A stretch of 64,000 nt of DNA from sequence record SRR22947727_4895; one strand, written 5' to 3'. The translations under genes and the position numbers were made by a program. Shown here in pieces: positions 49,911 to 58,614 of the stretch. Every line of letters starts with the position of its first letter. Positions within the stretch are counted from its first letter, which is position 1. The notes below the pieces were generated by a model, which saw nothing but the letters and a program-made list of their open reading frames with translations, searched no databases and was not told the origin of the DNA.

Positions 49911-52900
49911 ATGGACGGAGGAATCACTGCAGCAATTTGTATTTTTGGAATCGGCGGAATTTTAACGCTGATTTTCATCGTTTCGACTTTGTCGCGCCTG
50001 ACTGAGCAGCGTGATTTGATCGGCAAGCTTCGCAAAGACTTGTTGGATTTGAGAAATGAAATCCGAGGGATTCAAGATCGGGAAGAGTCCCGGACTGAGA
50101 CGTCACCGGAGGTTGAAAAATCCGAAATGGCAGAGCGTTTTGATGAGGTGAAAGAGGCTGCGAGAAAGGCGACCGCAAGTCAGGTAGATCCGCCACCGCC
50201 GGAGGAGGAGCCGCCGCCGGTCACGCCTCCGCCTCTGCCGTCGATGCAATCAACTTCAGATCGGGCAGGCATCAAACTGACGCCGGATCCGGTTCCGGTG
50301 GTTCAGGAGTTCAACATGGCCACGGTCCCGAAACCAACTTCACAACCCGCATCTGCTCCCGAACCTGCGGGGCCAAGCCGCTTGCAGAGCTTTTTAGAAA
50401 AAATAAATCTGTGGCCGCCGAGTGGCGATACCGCTGCAGAAGCAACGATTGGCGCGTGGTGGGCGACTCGGATTGGCCTGATCGTGGCAATTATCGGGGC
50501 GACGTTTGGCGGGATTTATGTGGCTGAAGGCGCGCCGCCGTGGACCCGCGTGTTGGCGATGACGGTGATTTCGATTGCCGTGACGATTCTCGGATTGCGT
50601 CTGGAGAGAAAGATTCCGGCGTTTGGCCGTCTGATTTCGGCAGGCGGATTGGGCCTTGGCTATTTCACGGCGTTCGCGGCGTTCGCGTTGGCACCGATGA
50701 AAATCATCGATTCGTCGACGATTGGGTTGTTGGCTCAAGCAGCGATATTGGTGGTGATGGTCGGCTGGAGTTTGTGGAAGCGGGATGAAGTGGTCGCGGG
50801 AATGGCGATTTTGTTGGGCTATGTGTCGTGCTGGTTCTCGCTGGAAAACGATCAGATGGATTTTGTTGTCACCGGATTGATGATGCTTGCGGCGGCGGCT
50901 TCCTTTCTTCTGTGGAAGCGGCAATGGCTGTGGTCCCAGGGGATCGCGATTTTGGGAACGTGGATTGGGTTTCTGGCGCTTGGGATTTTTGAATGGGATT
51001 CGGAGACTGCTCCTGCATTCCTGATTGTGTTGGGGGGCCTGCTGGGCGCTCAATTGATTTTTGAGGCGGGACATTTCTTCGCTGGAAACAAATTTGAAGT
51101 AAAAACGCTTGCTGCGAAATGGCTTCGCCGCTTGTCGGTGCTGTCGAGTCCGCTTTCGATATTTGTCGGGTATTTCGTGATTGCGGAGACGTATCCTGAA
51201 CAGAAAGCGGCGTTCTATCTGTCGTTCGCGGTAATGATGCTGCTTTTTTCGCTGGCGCATTTTTTCAGAAAACACGAGATTTCGCGTGGCCTCGATCAGA
51301 TGTTTTTCCTGAAAATGTCGGCGCTGCTGTGTTTGTTTTTCGTGGCGCAATTCGATGGGCCGGTTCGCTGGTTGGCGATTGCATTGCAAGCTGGCGCGGT
51401 GCTGTTCACGTGGCGTCGAACGGGATATCGCTGGGTTGAAGTAGCGTTTGGTATTCTGTTTTTTGTCGCCGGCGCGGCCTTGATCCGGGGAGTCATCACG
51501 TATGACGCTGACTTATGGAGCCTCTTCAGTCCGCAAAATCTGGTATCGCTGCTCTCGCTCACGGCGTTGTCCTTTTGGCTCACGATTTACCGCCATTGGA
51601 AATTTCCGATCGACGGCGATCAGCCCAAGATCGATTCACAAGAAAATCCGCTCTACTTACTAGGCGCGGTGACGATTGCGGTGGCGGCATGGTTCGTCGC
51701 GTCAGTTCCGTTGGATGTGGCGGATGCCTTTCGACCAGTGTTTTTGATAATTGCGGCGGGAGCGGTCGCCCTGCCACTGTTGCGCTGGGCGAAAGCGGGG
51801 CCGGTTCTTGCGGCGACGTTGATCCTGATCGGTGCTTTTGCAAAAATACTGTTGTATTCAGGTGAAATGATCACGTCCAAGGCCACGACGTTGGGCTTTG
51901 TTGGGGCTGGTATCGCAATCGTTTTGGCTGAATTGTGCCGTCGTGGATGGAGGCCTGACTGGATTCTCGGTAATGTTTTTCGAACCGTTTACGCGGGTTT
52001 TGGTTCGCTGCTTTTGCTTTCGGCCATGAATTTGCTGACGGAACAGTTTGATGGGATTTCGGTAATCTGTTTGCTTGTTTTTGCAGGAATCGGAATGCTG
52101 CTGTTAGCGCAAAATGCACTCGGTCTTCGGGCGGGCGTGGAAACAAAATCTCCCGAACTTCATGTGGAGTGTCAGTGGGTCTTGTCGATTTTGATTGGCC
52201 TTGTTGCCGTCATTTTCTGCCCGGATGTGGTTAAGGGGGAAGCTCTTGCTTTCAATTCGGTCTGGTTCGCGTTGGCGGGTGCAATTTTATTGGCGGCAAC
52301 GTTTTTTACCCGGAGCGCGGTTCCGATTATAGCCGGTGGATTACCGTTGGTCGCTTCAGTGATCAGTTTTCTCGGGGATTATGATAAGGGAGGAAGCACC
52401 AACGAGATTTTGATCGCGGCTGGCGGATTACTGGTGATCTTTGTGGGAATCATTGTGGTGCTGCATCGCTTCACGGGCGGGAAGAAATCTGATTTTCTCG
52501 CGGGGTGCGAGACCATTTTGATCGGGGCAGCGGCGCTCATTTTACACTGGGCTTTGCGTCCGTTTTTGGATGCTTCAGAGATTCTCGCAGCTGATTGTGG
52601 AATTATGTTGGGTCTCGTTTTGGCCGCTCGCAGATGGCCGATGCGGACACTTAAAGCTTCCAGTGCGTGGCCGATCGGTTTTGCTGTGTTGCACGTAGGA
52701 TTACTCGCTTTCGATTTGTATGAAGAAGGCCCCGAGGCATTGTGGTGGGTTGCGGCAGTGCTCGTCTTGGCGTGGGGATGGATTTACTATCAGGGCGACG
52801 CAATTCGATTGCCTGATTTTTCAGCCGCAGCTCCAGATCGGAAAATCGTGTTCGGTTGGCCGACTATTCTGGTGACGGCCGTGTTTTGGTTGGTGGCGAT

Positions 52901-53498
52901 TTTTGGATCGAACGAACCGTGGCAGTCGGTTTCATTTGCTGCGTTTGCGATTGTCGTGCTCGTTTTTTGGCGTTTTGCCAATGGAGCAGGAGGTCATTTG
53001 TGGACGTGGATTTTAGTTGCTTCAGCCCTGGTAACCGCTGCTCGCAGTATTGTTCATCCGGATGGTTTTGAGGCTGAAACGTTGGCGGTCGTTATCGTTA
53101 CAGCTGGACTGGTGGTAATTCACGGCGTGTTGTATCCGCGTGAAATTGAGGAATTTCGCAACCTTTCGATATTTCATGCACTCCCTGCACTGGGTCTCGT
53201 ATTCTGGGCGTGCTCACCGGATGTGCTGACTGTTGATAAATTGACGACGGTTTGCTGGGGCGCCGCGTCGGTGGTCCTTTTTGTAATGGGCTTGATGGCT
53301 GGTTTGAAAATTTACCGCATCGTTGGCTTGGTCGGCTTGGGACTTTGCATCTTCCGCATGTTCCTCGTGGATATTGACGACACCCTTTATCGAATTATTG
53401 CGTTTCTCGGGGTGGCGATTGTCCTGCTCATCATCGGATTTTTATATCACCGCTTCCGTGGCCGCATTGAAAATCAATTCTCTGGCAAAACCGACTAA
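49911..53498 (+). CDS. DUF2339 family large polytopic membrane protein
   Basis: TM, coiled coil, Pro-rich linker, E..IG..W..RIG, many TMs, and a C-terminal FLVD.....YRIIAF.G motif. Confidence 0.85.
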   Translation: MDGGITAAICIFGIGGILTLIFIVSTLSRLTEQRDLIGKLRKDLLDLRNEIRGIQDREESRTETSPEVEKSEMAERFDEVKEAARKATASQVDPPPPEEEPPPVTPPPLPSMQSTSDRAGIKLTPDPVPVVQEFNMATVPKPTSQPASAPEPAGPSRLQSFLEKINLWPPSGDTAAEATIGAWWATRIGLIVAIIGATFGGIYVAEGAPPWTRVLAMTVISIAVTILGLRLERKIPAFGRLISAGGLGLGYFTAFAAFALAPMKIIDSSTIGLLAQAAILVVMVGWSLWKRDEVVAGMAILLGYVSCWFSLENDQMDFVVTGLMMLAAAASFLLWKRQWLWSQGIAILGTWIGFLALGIFEWDSETAPAFLIVLGGLLGAQLIFEAGHFFAGNKFEVKTLAAKWLRRLSVLSSPLSIFVGYFVIAETYPEQKAAFYLSFAVMMLLFSLAHFFRKHEISRGLDQMFFLKMSALLCLFFVAQFDGPVRWLAIALQAGAVLFTWRRTGYRWVEVAFGILFFVAGAALIRGVITYDADLWSLFSPQNLVSLLSLTALSFWLTIYRHWKFPIDGDQPKIDSQENPLYLLGAVTIAVAAWFVASVPLDVADAFRPVFLIIAAGAVALPLLRWAKAGPVLAATLILIGAFAKILLYSGEMITSKATTLGFVGAGIAIVLAELCRRGWRPDWILGNVFRTVYAGFGSLLLLSAMNLLTEQFDGISVICLLVFAGIGMLLLAQNALGLRAGVETKSPELHVECQWVLSILIGLVAVIFCPDVVKGEALAFNSVWFALAGAILLAATFFTRSAVPIIAGGLPLVASVISFLGDYDKGGSTNEILIAAGGLLVIFVGIIVVLHRFTGGKKSDFLAGCETILIGAAALILHWALRPFLDASEILAADCGIMLGLVLAARRWPMRTLKASSAWPIGFAVLHVGLLAFDLYEEGPEALWWVAAVLVLAWGWIYYQGDAIRLPDFSAAAPDRKIVFGWPTILVTAVFWLVAIFGSNEPWQSVSFAAFAIVVLVFWRFANGAGGHLWTWILVASALVTAARSIVHPDGFEAETLAVVIVTAGLVVIHGVLYPREIEEFRNLSIFHALPALGLVFWACSPDVLTVDKLTTVCWGAASVVLFVMGLMAGLKIYRIVGLVGLGLCIFRMFLVDIDDTLYRIIAFLGVAIVLLIIGFLYHRFRGRIENQFSGKTD

Positions 53499-53535
53499 CT
53501 TCGGCATAGTACCGGGCAGGCGAGAGGTTATTTTT

Positions 53536-54216
53536 ATGAGTGATTCGGACGAGAATAAGACCCGCAGACGAACAGGAAAAAGTAGCGTCGAAGGCGGAGA
53601 AGAGAATGGAGACGAGAAAATCTACCCACCGGAGATCAATTTGCCGGTTCCAGATGAATTTAATACGTCGATGACCGACACTTCGGTAAAGCAGGCCGAT
53701 GCGCGGGCACGAGCTAAAGCGGAAAAGCAGCGCAGAAAGCAAAAACGCCGCGGCCATCCCACGGATACCTATGAACCGCTTAAAAAAAGAAAAAAAGGAT
53801 GCTGTGGGTGTATTGGGATGTTTCTGGTTGTCGTTTTTCTAGTGATCTTTGGTGTGCCGCTGTATTTTTCGTCCTGGGCAATAAAACCCTATAAGGATGC
53901 AGGTTACGAAGTAGTTAAGACCGGGAAATCCGGCCAGCTCTTGACTGTAACCGAGGCTCCAGACGTTGAGACAATTTACACGGTTCGAAAGGTCAGTTAC
54001 CAAGCCGAATCGACTCCCAAAAAGATCGTTTTTGTCGGATCGGATGTCACGATTTCAGGAACATTTGCAGATAAAGTAACGTTCAAAGGCGGAAAATTGA
54101 CAATCGTAGAGGGAACCGTTTTTCAAGGGGATCTTGAGGTTCATGCCATTCAAATGATCGATGAAGGCTCAACTTGCCAAGGCGAATTGATGGGGAGTGT
54201 GTTAATGCAAGAATGA
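53536..54216 (+). CDS. Membrane-anchored hypothetical protein with beta-helix/bactofilin-like C-terminus
   Basis: Charged disordered N-terminus, KKGCCGC followed by a TM, then V.I.G.F / L.I..G..F.GDL / C.G.L.G repeats. Confidence 0.6.
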   Translation: MSDSDENKTRRRTGKSSVEGGEENGDEKIYPPEINLPVPDEFNTSMTDTSVKQADARARAKAEKQRRKQKRRGHPTDTYEPLKKRKKGCCGCIGMFLVVVFLVIFGVPLYFSSWAIKPYKDAGYEVVKTGKSGQLLTVTEAPDVETIYTVRKVSYQAESTPKKIVFVGSDVTISGTFADKVTFKGGKLTIVEGTVFQGDLEVHAIQMIDEGSTCQGELMGSVLMQE

Positions 54217-54244
54217 GCCGGGATATCGGCAAAAACAGATTTTC

Positions 54245-54289
54245 ACGAATCAACAGGGTCGGATCGATGGATCGCCCCTGTTGGATCGT
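54245..54289. repeat. 45-bp modular repeat, palindromic
   Basis: acgaatcaacagggtcggatcgatggatcgcccctgttggatcgt. Confidence 0.85.
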
Positions 54290-54424
54290 TTTTCTGCAAA
54301 AAGTGAACACAAAAGGTTTCCGCGTGGTCTGACACAAAACGATGGTCAAATCGCCATCTCTGCGTAGATTTCCACTCCCTAAAAACTCTGGAAATTTAAG
54401 ATTTCCGAAATACCTTTCCTAAGC

Positions 54425-57400
54425 ATGATTAAGTGGCTCCTTAAATCGATTGTCGGCAATAAGAATCAGCGTGAAATCAAAAAGATTTTACCGCTGATCG
54501 GAGAAATCAATGCCTTCGAGGAATCACTCCAAAAGGGAACGGAAGAAGATCTCATCGCCAAAACGGCCGCTTGGAAAAGTCAACTCGACCGGTATCACCT
54601 GCGAACCGAGTTTTTCTCGCGTCGGAAGTTGGAGACGATGTCGAAAGAAGAGTTGGTTCCTGTCGCTGAAAAATGGGCGATGCGTTTTGCTGAGCTGGCG
54701 GATGAATTCAGTGTGACTCGTGGATTTCCGACAAAAGACTCGATTTCTGGAATGTCAGCCGAAGCGTTGGTTGATAAAATTCGAGATGCTCAAGAAACGT
54801 TCACCGATTTGAAAAAAGAATTTCCGGCTGCGCGAAAAGCGTATTTGGAAGAAATTCTGCCGGAAGCGTATGCGGTGGTGAAAAATGCGTCGCGCCGGCT
54901 TTTTGGAACGGAGTGGGTGGTGTGTGATCACATGGTGAAATGGGAAATGGTCCATTTCGACGTGCAGCTGATTGGCGGAATCGCGCTTCACCGCGGAATG
55001 ATTGCGGAAATGGCAACGGGTGAAGGTAAAACGCTGGTGGCGACCTTGCCGGTTTTCCTCAATGCGCTGACCGGACTCGGGGTTCACGTGGTGACGGTGA
55101 ATGATTACCTGGCACGACGGGACTCGGAGTGGATGGGACATCTATTCCAATACCTGGGGCTGACGATCGGATGTATTCAAAATAATCAGCGGGGTGATCT
55201 GCGTCGCGAGCAGTATCAGCGTGATATCACTTACGGAACGGCAAGTGAGTTTGGTTTCGATTACCTGCGCGACAATGGAATGGCGCAGAACAAGGAAGAT
55301 CAGGTGCAGCGAAATCACTACTTCTCACTGATTGATGAGGTTGACTCTGTTTTGATCGATGAAGCCCGGACGCCGCTGATCATTTCGGGGCCGGTACCGC
55401 CTCGCGAATCGGATCAGCTTTACAATCAGTTTAAATCTCAAATCTCAGCGCTTTCGCGAAAACAAACGCACTTGCTGAACGGCGTTGCGTCGGAGGCAAA
55501 GAAAGAAATCGAAGCCGGCAACGTGGCTGAAGGCGGCTTGAAGTACTTCAAAGTGAAGCTCGGCCAGCCGGACAACCGCGCGTTGAAGCGTGCGATGGAG
55601 GATCCTGATGTTCGGAAGCTGGTCGAGAAGGCCGAACTAGAATTTTTCAAAGACGTTCAGAAATCAGCGCTTTTCGAACTGAAAGAAGAGTTGTTTTTCA
55701 CACTGGACGAAAAAAATCACGAAGCAGAGCTGACCGAGCAGGGCCGAAATTTCCTGAGTCCGGATGAACCTGATGCTTTCGTTTTGCCGGATATGTCAGA
55801 CGCATTTTCTGAAATCGACGGCGACGAGTCGATGACGGTTGAGCAGAAAGAGGAGAAAAAGCAGGAAGTTCAGCGCAAAACGAGCGCTCAAGCTGAGAAG
55901 ATGCATACCATCTCGCAGCTGATGAAGGCCTACACGCTTTACGAAAAGGACAAGGAATACACCGTTCAGGACAACAAGGTGATCATCATTGACGAAAACA
56001 CCGGTCGTCCGATGCCGGGACGTCGTTGGTCTGATGGATTGCACCAGGCAGTTGAGGCGAAGGAAGGCGTTAAGATCGAAAACGAAACGCAAACCTACGC
56101 AACGATCACGATTCAGAACTACTTTCGCCTTTACGAAAAACTCGGTGGTATGACCGGAACAGCGGAAACCGAAGCCGCAGAATTCCACGATATTTACAAG
56201 CTGGACGTGCTGACGATTCCGACGAATCGCCCGAATGTTCGGATTGATCTGAACGACAAGATCTACAAAACGCAGCGTGAAAAATTCAAGGCGGTGATTG
56301 ATGCCGTGAAAGAACGAAACGAAGCCGGACAACCCGTTTTGCTGGGAACGGCGAGTGTTTTGACTTCGGAAGTTGTTTCGCGAATGATGAAACGTGAGAA
56401 GATCCCTCACTCAGTTTTGAACGCGAAACACCACCTGCAGGAGGCTGAAATCGTCTCTAATGCAGGTAAAAAAGGCGGCGTTACCGTGGCAACGAACATG
56501 GCTGGTCGGGGAACGGATATTAAATTAGGTGAAGGTGTTAAAGATCTTGGCGGCCTTTACGTCATCGCAACCGAGCGTCACCAAAGCCGTCGGATTGACC
56601 GCCAGCTTCGTGGACGTTGTTCGCGTCAGGGGGATCCTGGAAATTCAGTTTTCTTCGTTTCTTTCGAGGACGAATTGATGGTGCGTTTCGGTGCGGCGGA
56701 GCGGATGACGAAGATGATGGATCGCTTCGGCCTCGAGGAAGGACAGGAGCTGGAGCACCCGTGGCTCAATAAATCTGTCGAAAACGCGCAGAAAAAAGTC
56801 GAGGAGCGAAACTATCTCTCACGGAAAAACATTCTCGAATACGATGACGTGATGAACAATCAGCGGGGTGTCGTTTATGGCTACCGCAACGAGGTTATTC
56901 AAACGGAAGACCCGCATGCGCTGGTTCTTGATGTCATCGAAGAACAAATTCCCGGACGAGCAGAAGCTTTTTACGACGATCAGGCTGGCGATGTGAACTG
57001 GGAGGAATTTATCGAATGGATCAATCTGACTTTCCCTGTCGGAATCGATGCTGACGATGCCGAATTCACAAGCAAGAGCACCGATGGCAAGCTCGATATG
57101 ATCATCGAGAAGGTGAAAGCAGCCTACAACTTCAAGTGCGGTCACGAAGATCCGGACGTACTCGAAGATCTCGAGCGGCACATCATTTTGAAGAACATCG
57201 ATGATTCATGGCAGGAGCACCTCTACGAAATGGATGGTCTCCGTGACATGATCGGTAACTACAAGTATGCGCAAAAAGATCCGCTCGTGGAATACAAACA
57301 CGAGGCCTACAAAATGTTCACTGGTCTGATGGACGGTATTCGAGGATCTGTATTGGAAAGCCTTTTCCGCCTGACAACGCGTCCCGAGCAATATCAAAAC

Positions 57401-57628
57401 GTGCTCGCGAATATGAAGACTCAGCTGAGTCGTCCCGACGTTCTTGCTGAACTCGCAGGCGCAGGCGGAATGCAGGCTGCTCAGGCCCAGGCCGTAGCAA
57501 ATCCTGCTGCGCCGCCACAGCCGCAGATTGCGATGCCAGTGAAACGTGAAGCCCCAAAAGTGGGTCGAAACGAGCCTTGTCCGTGTGGCAGTGGTAAGAA
57601 GTTTAAGGCGTGTTGTGGCAAGCTTTGA
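54425..57628 (+). CDS. secA: Preprotein translocase ATPase SecA
   Basis: MATGEGKT, DEVDSVLIDEARTPLIISG, ATNMAGRGTDI and QLRGR..RQGD motifs; C-terminal SEC-C CPCGSGKKFKACCG. Confidence 0.98.
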   Translation: MIKWLLKSIVGNKNQREIKKILPLIGEINAFEESLQKGTEEDLIAKTAAWKSQLDRYHLRTEFFSRRKLETMSKEELVPVAEKWAMRFAELADEFSVTRGFPTKDSISGMSAEALVDKIRDAQETFTDLKKEFPAARKAYLEEILPEAYAVVKNASRRLFGTEWVVCDHMVKWEMVHFDVQLIGGIALHRGMIAEMATGEGKTLVATLPVFLNALTGLGVHVVTVNDYLARRDSEWMGHLFQYLGLTIGCIQNNQRGDLRREQYQRDITYGTASEFGFDYLRDNGMAQNKEDQVQRNHYFSLIDEVDSVLIDEARTPLIISGPVPPRESDQLYNQFKSQISALSRKQTHLLNGVASEAKKEIEAGNVAEGGLKYFKVKLGQPDNRALKRAMEDPDVRKLVEKAELEFFKDVQKSALFELKEELFFTLDEKNHEAELTEQGRNFLSPDEPDAFVLPDMSDAFSEIDGDESMTVEQKEEKKQEVQRKTSAQAEKMHTISQLMKAYTLYEKDKEYTVQDNKVIIIDENTGRPMPGRRWSDGLHQAVEAKEGVKIENETQTYATITIQNYFRLYEKLGGMTGTAETEAAEFHDIYKLDVLTIPTNRPNVRIDLNDKIYKTQREKFKAVIDAVKERNEAGQPVLLGTASVLTSEVVSRMMKREKIPHSVLNAKHHLQEAEIVSNAGKKGGVTVATNMAGRGTDIKLGEGVKDLGGLYVIATERHQSRRIDRQLRGRCSRQGDPGNSVFFVSFEDELMVRFGAAERMTKMMDRFGLEEGQELEHPWLNKSVENAQKKVEERNYLSRKNILEYDDVMNNQRGVVYGYRNEVIQTEDPHALVLDVIEEQIPGRAEAFYDDQAGDVNWEEFIEWINLTFPVGIDADDAEFTSKSTDGKLDMIIEKVKAAYNFKCGHEDPDVLEDLERHIILKNIDDSWQEHLYEMDGLRDMIGNYKYAQKDPLVEYKHEAYKMFTGLMDGIRGSVLESLFRLTTRPEQYQNVLANMKTQLSRPDVLAELAGAGGMQAAQAQAVANPAAPPQPQIAMPVKREAPKVGRNEPCPCGSGKKFKACCGKL

Positions 57629-57660
57629 GTGAGATAAACGGGGAGGCCTACTTTTGAATC

Positions 57661-58557
57661 ATGGACTGTTTTCCTCCATCGCGGCCCGTATCAGCTGGAG
57701 CAAAACTTGCGCTGGTTGCACCTGCGGGGCCATTCGATCGCGAAGCATTTGATGCCGGTGTTGCGTGGCTTCGAGAGCGTTATGAAGTCACGTTCGATGA
57801 GGGGGTCTATTCGAAATCTGGATATTTTGCGGGTGATGATAACCGTCGATTGCAGGAATTAATTACCGCGCTGACCGATCCATCCGTTGATGCGATCGTC
57901 TGCGCTCGAGGGGGATACGGTGCGACTCGATTGTTGCCAAATCTTGATGTTGAGCTGGTTTCCAGTGTCAATAAAACGCTGGTCGGGTTCAGCGACGTCA
58001 CCGCGTTGCATTCATTGTGGGCGAGGGCCGGGGTGCGTTCGATTCATGCACCGATGGTGGCTGCAATTGGAAATGCCAGCGGCGAAGTGCAAGATAAATG
58101 GCTCGCAGCTCTTGAGAATACCGGTGATTTATCGGAAAAGCTTTATCCGCTCAATCCCATCTCGAATCCGGCGGCCACATCGGTGAAGGGCCGATTCTTT
58201 GGCGGAAATCTTGCCGTTCTCGGAGCGCTGAATGGAACTCCGTTCGTTCCACCGTTGGATGACGGAGGAATCTTATTTCTCGAAGATGTCGGCGAACGTC
58301 CGTATCGGATCGATCGAATGCTCACAACGCTCGGTCAGGCAGGTTGGTTTAAAAACCTCGATGGGATCGTTCTCGGATCATTCAGCGAAGGCGATCCCGG
58401 AGCGGACGGCGTGTCCGTTGAAGACGTGTTTCGCGATCATTTCGGCGATTTCGAGATTCCGGTGCTGCATGGTTTGTCAGCGGGCCATATTTCAGACAAC
58501 GAACCGCTCACTTTCGGAGCAGAAGCTCGAATCGACGGATCATCCCTGTATCTGTAA
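57661..58557 (+). CDS. LD-carboxypeptidase (peptidase S66)
   Basis: ARGGYG, GFSD.T, GGNL, FLEDV.E and GH catalytic Ser/Glu/His. Confidence 0.92.
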   Translation: MDCFPPSRPVSAGAKLALVAPAGPFDREAFDAGVAWLRERYEVTFDEGVYSKSGYFAGDDNRRLQELITALTDPSVDAIVCARGGYGATRLLPNLDVELVSSVNKTLVGFSDVTALHSLWARAGVRSIHAPMVAAIGNASGEVQDKWLAALENTGDLSEKLYPLNPISNPAATSVKGRFFGGNLAVLGALNGTPFVPPLDDGGILFLEDVGERPYRIDRMLTTLGQAGWFKNLDGIVLGSFSEGDPGADGVSVEDVFRDHFGDFEIPVLHGLSAGHISDNEPLTFGAEARIDGSSLYL

Positions 58558-58561
58558 ATTG

Positions 58562-58606
58562 ACGATCAAATAGGGTATGTTCGCCGAACGAACCCTATTG
58601 ATTCGT
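58562..58606. repeat. 45-bp modular repeat, palindromic, between convergent genes
   Basis: acgatcaaatagggtatgttc-gcc-gaacgaaccctattgattcgt. Confidence 0.92.
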
Positions 58607-58614
58607 AAAGATCG

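Noticed and set aside
50394-51389. 331-aa Arg/Gln/His-rich antisense ORF
   Set aside because: Expected reverse-strand composition of a hydrophobic membrane-protein gene.
53323-53535. N-terminal extension of the ORF ending at 54216
   Set aside because: It overlaps the DUF2339 3' end in another frame.
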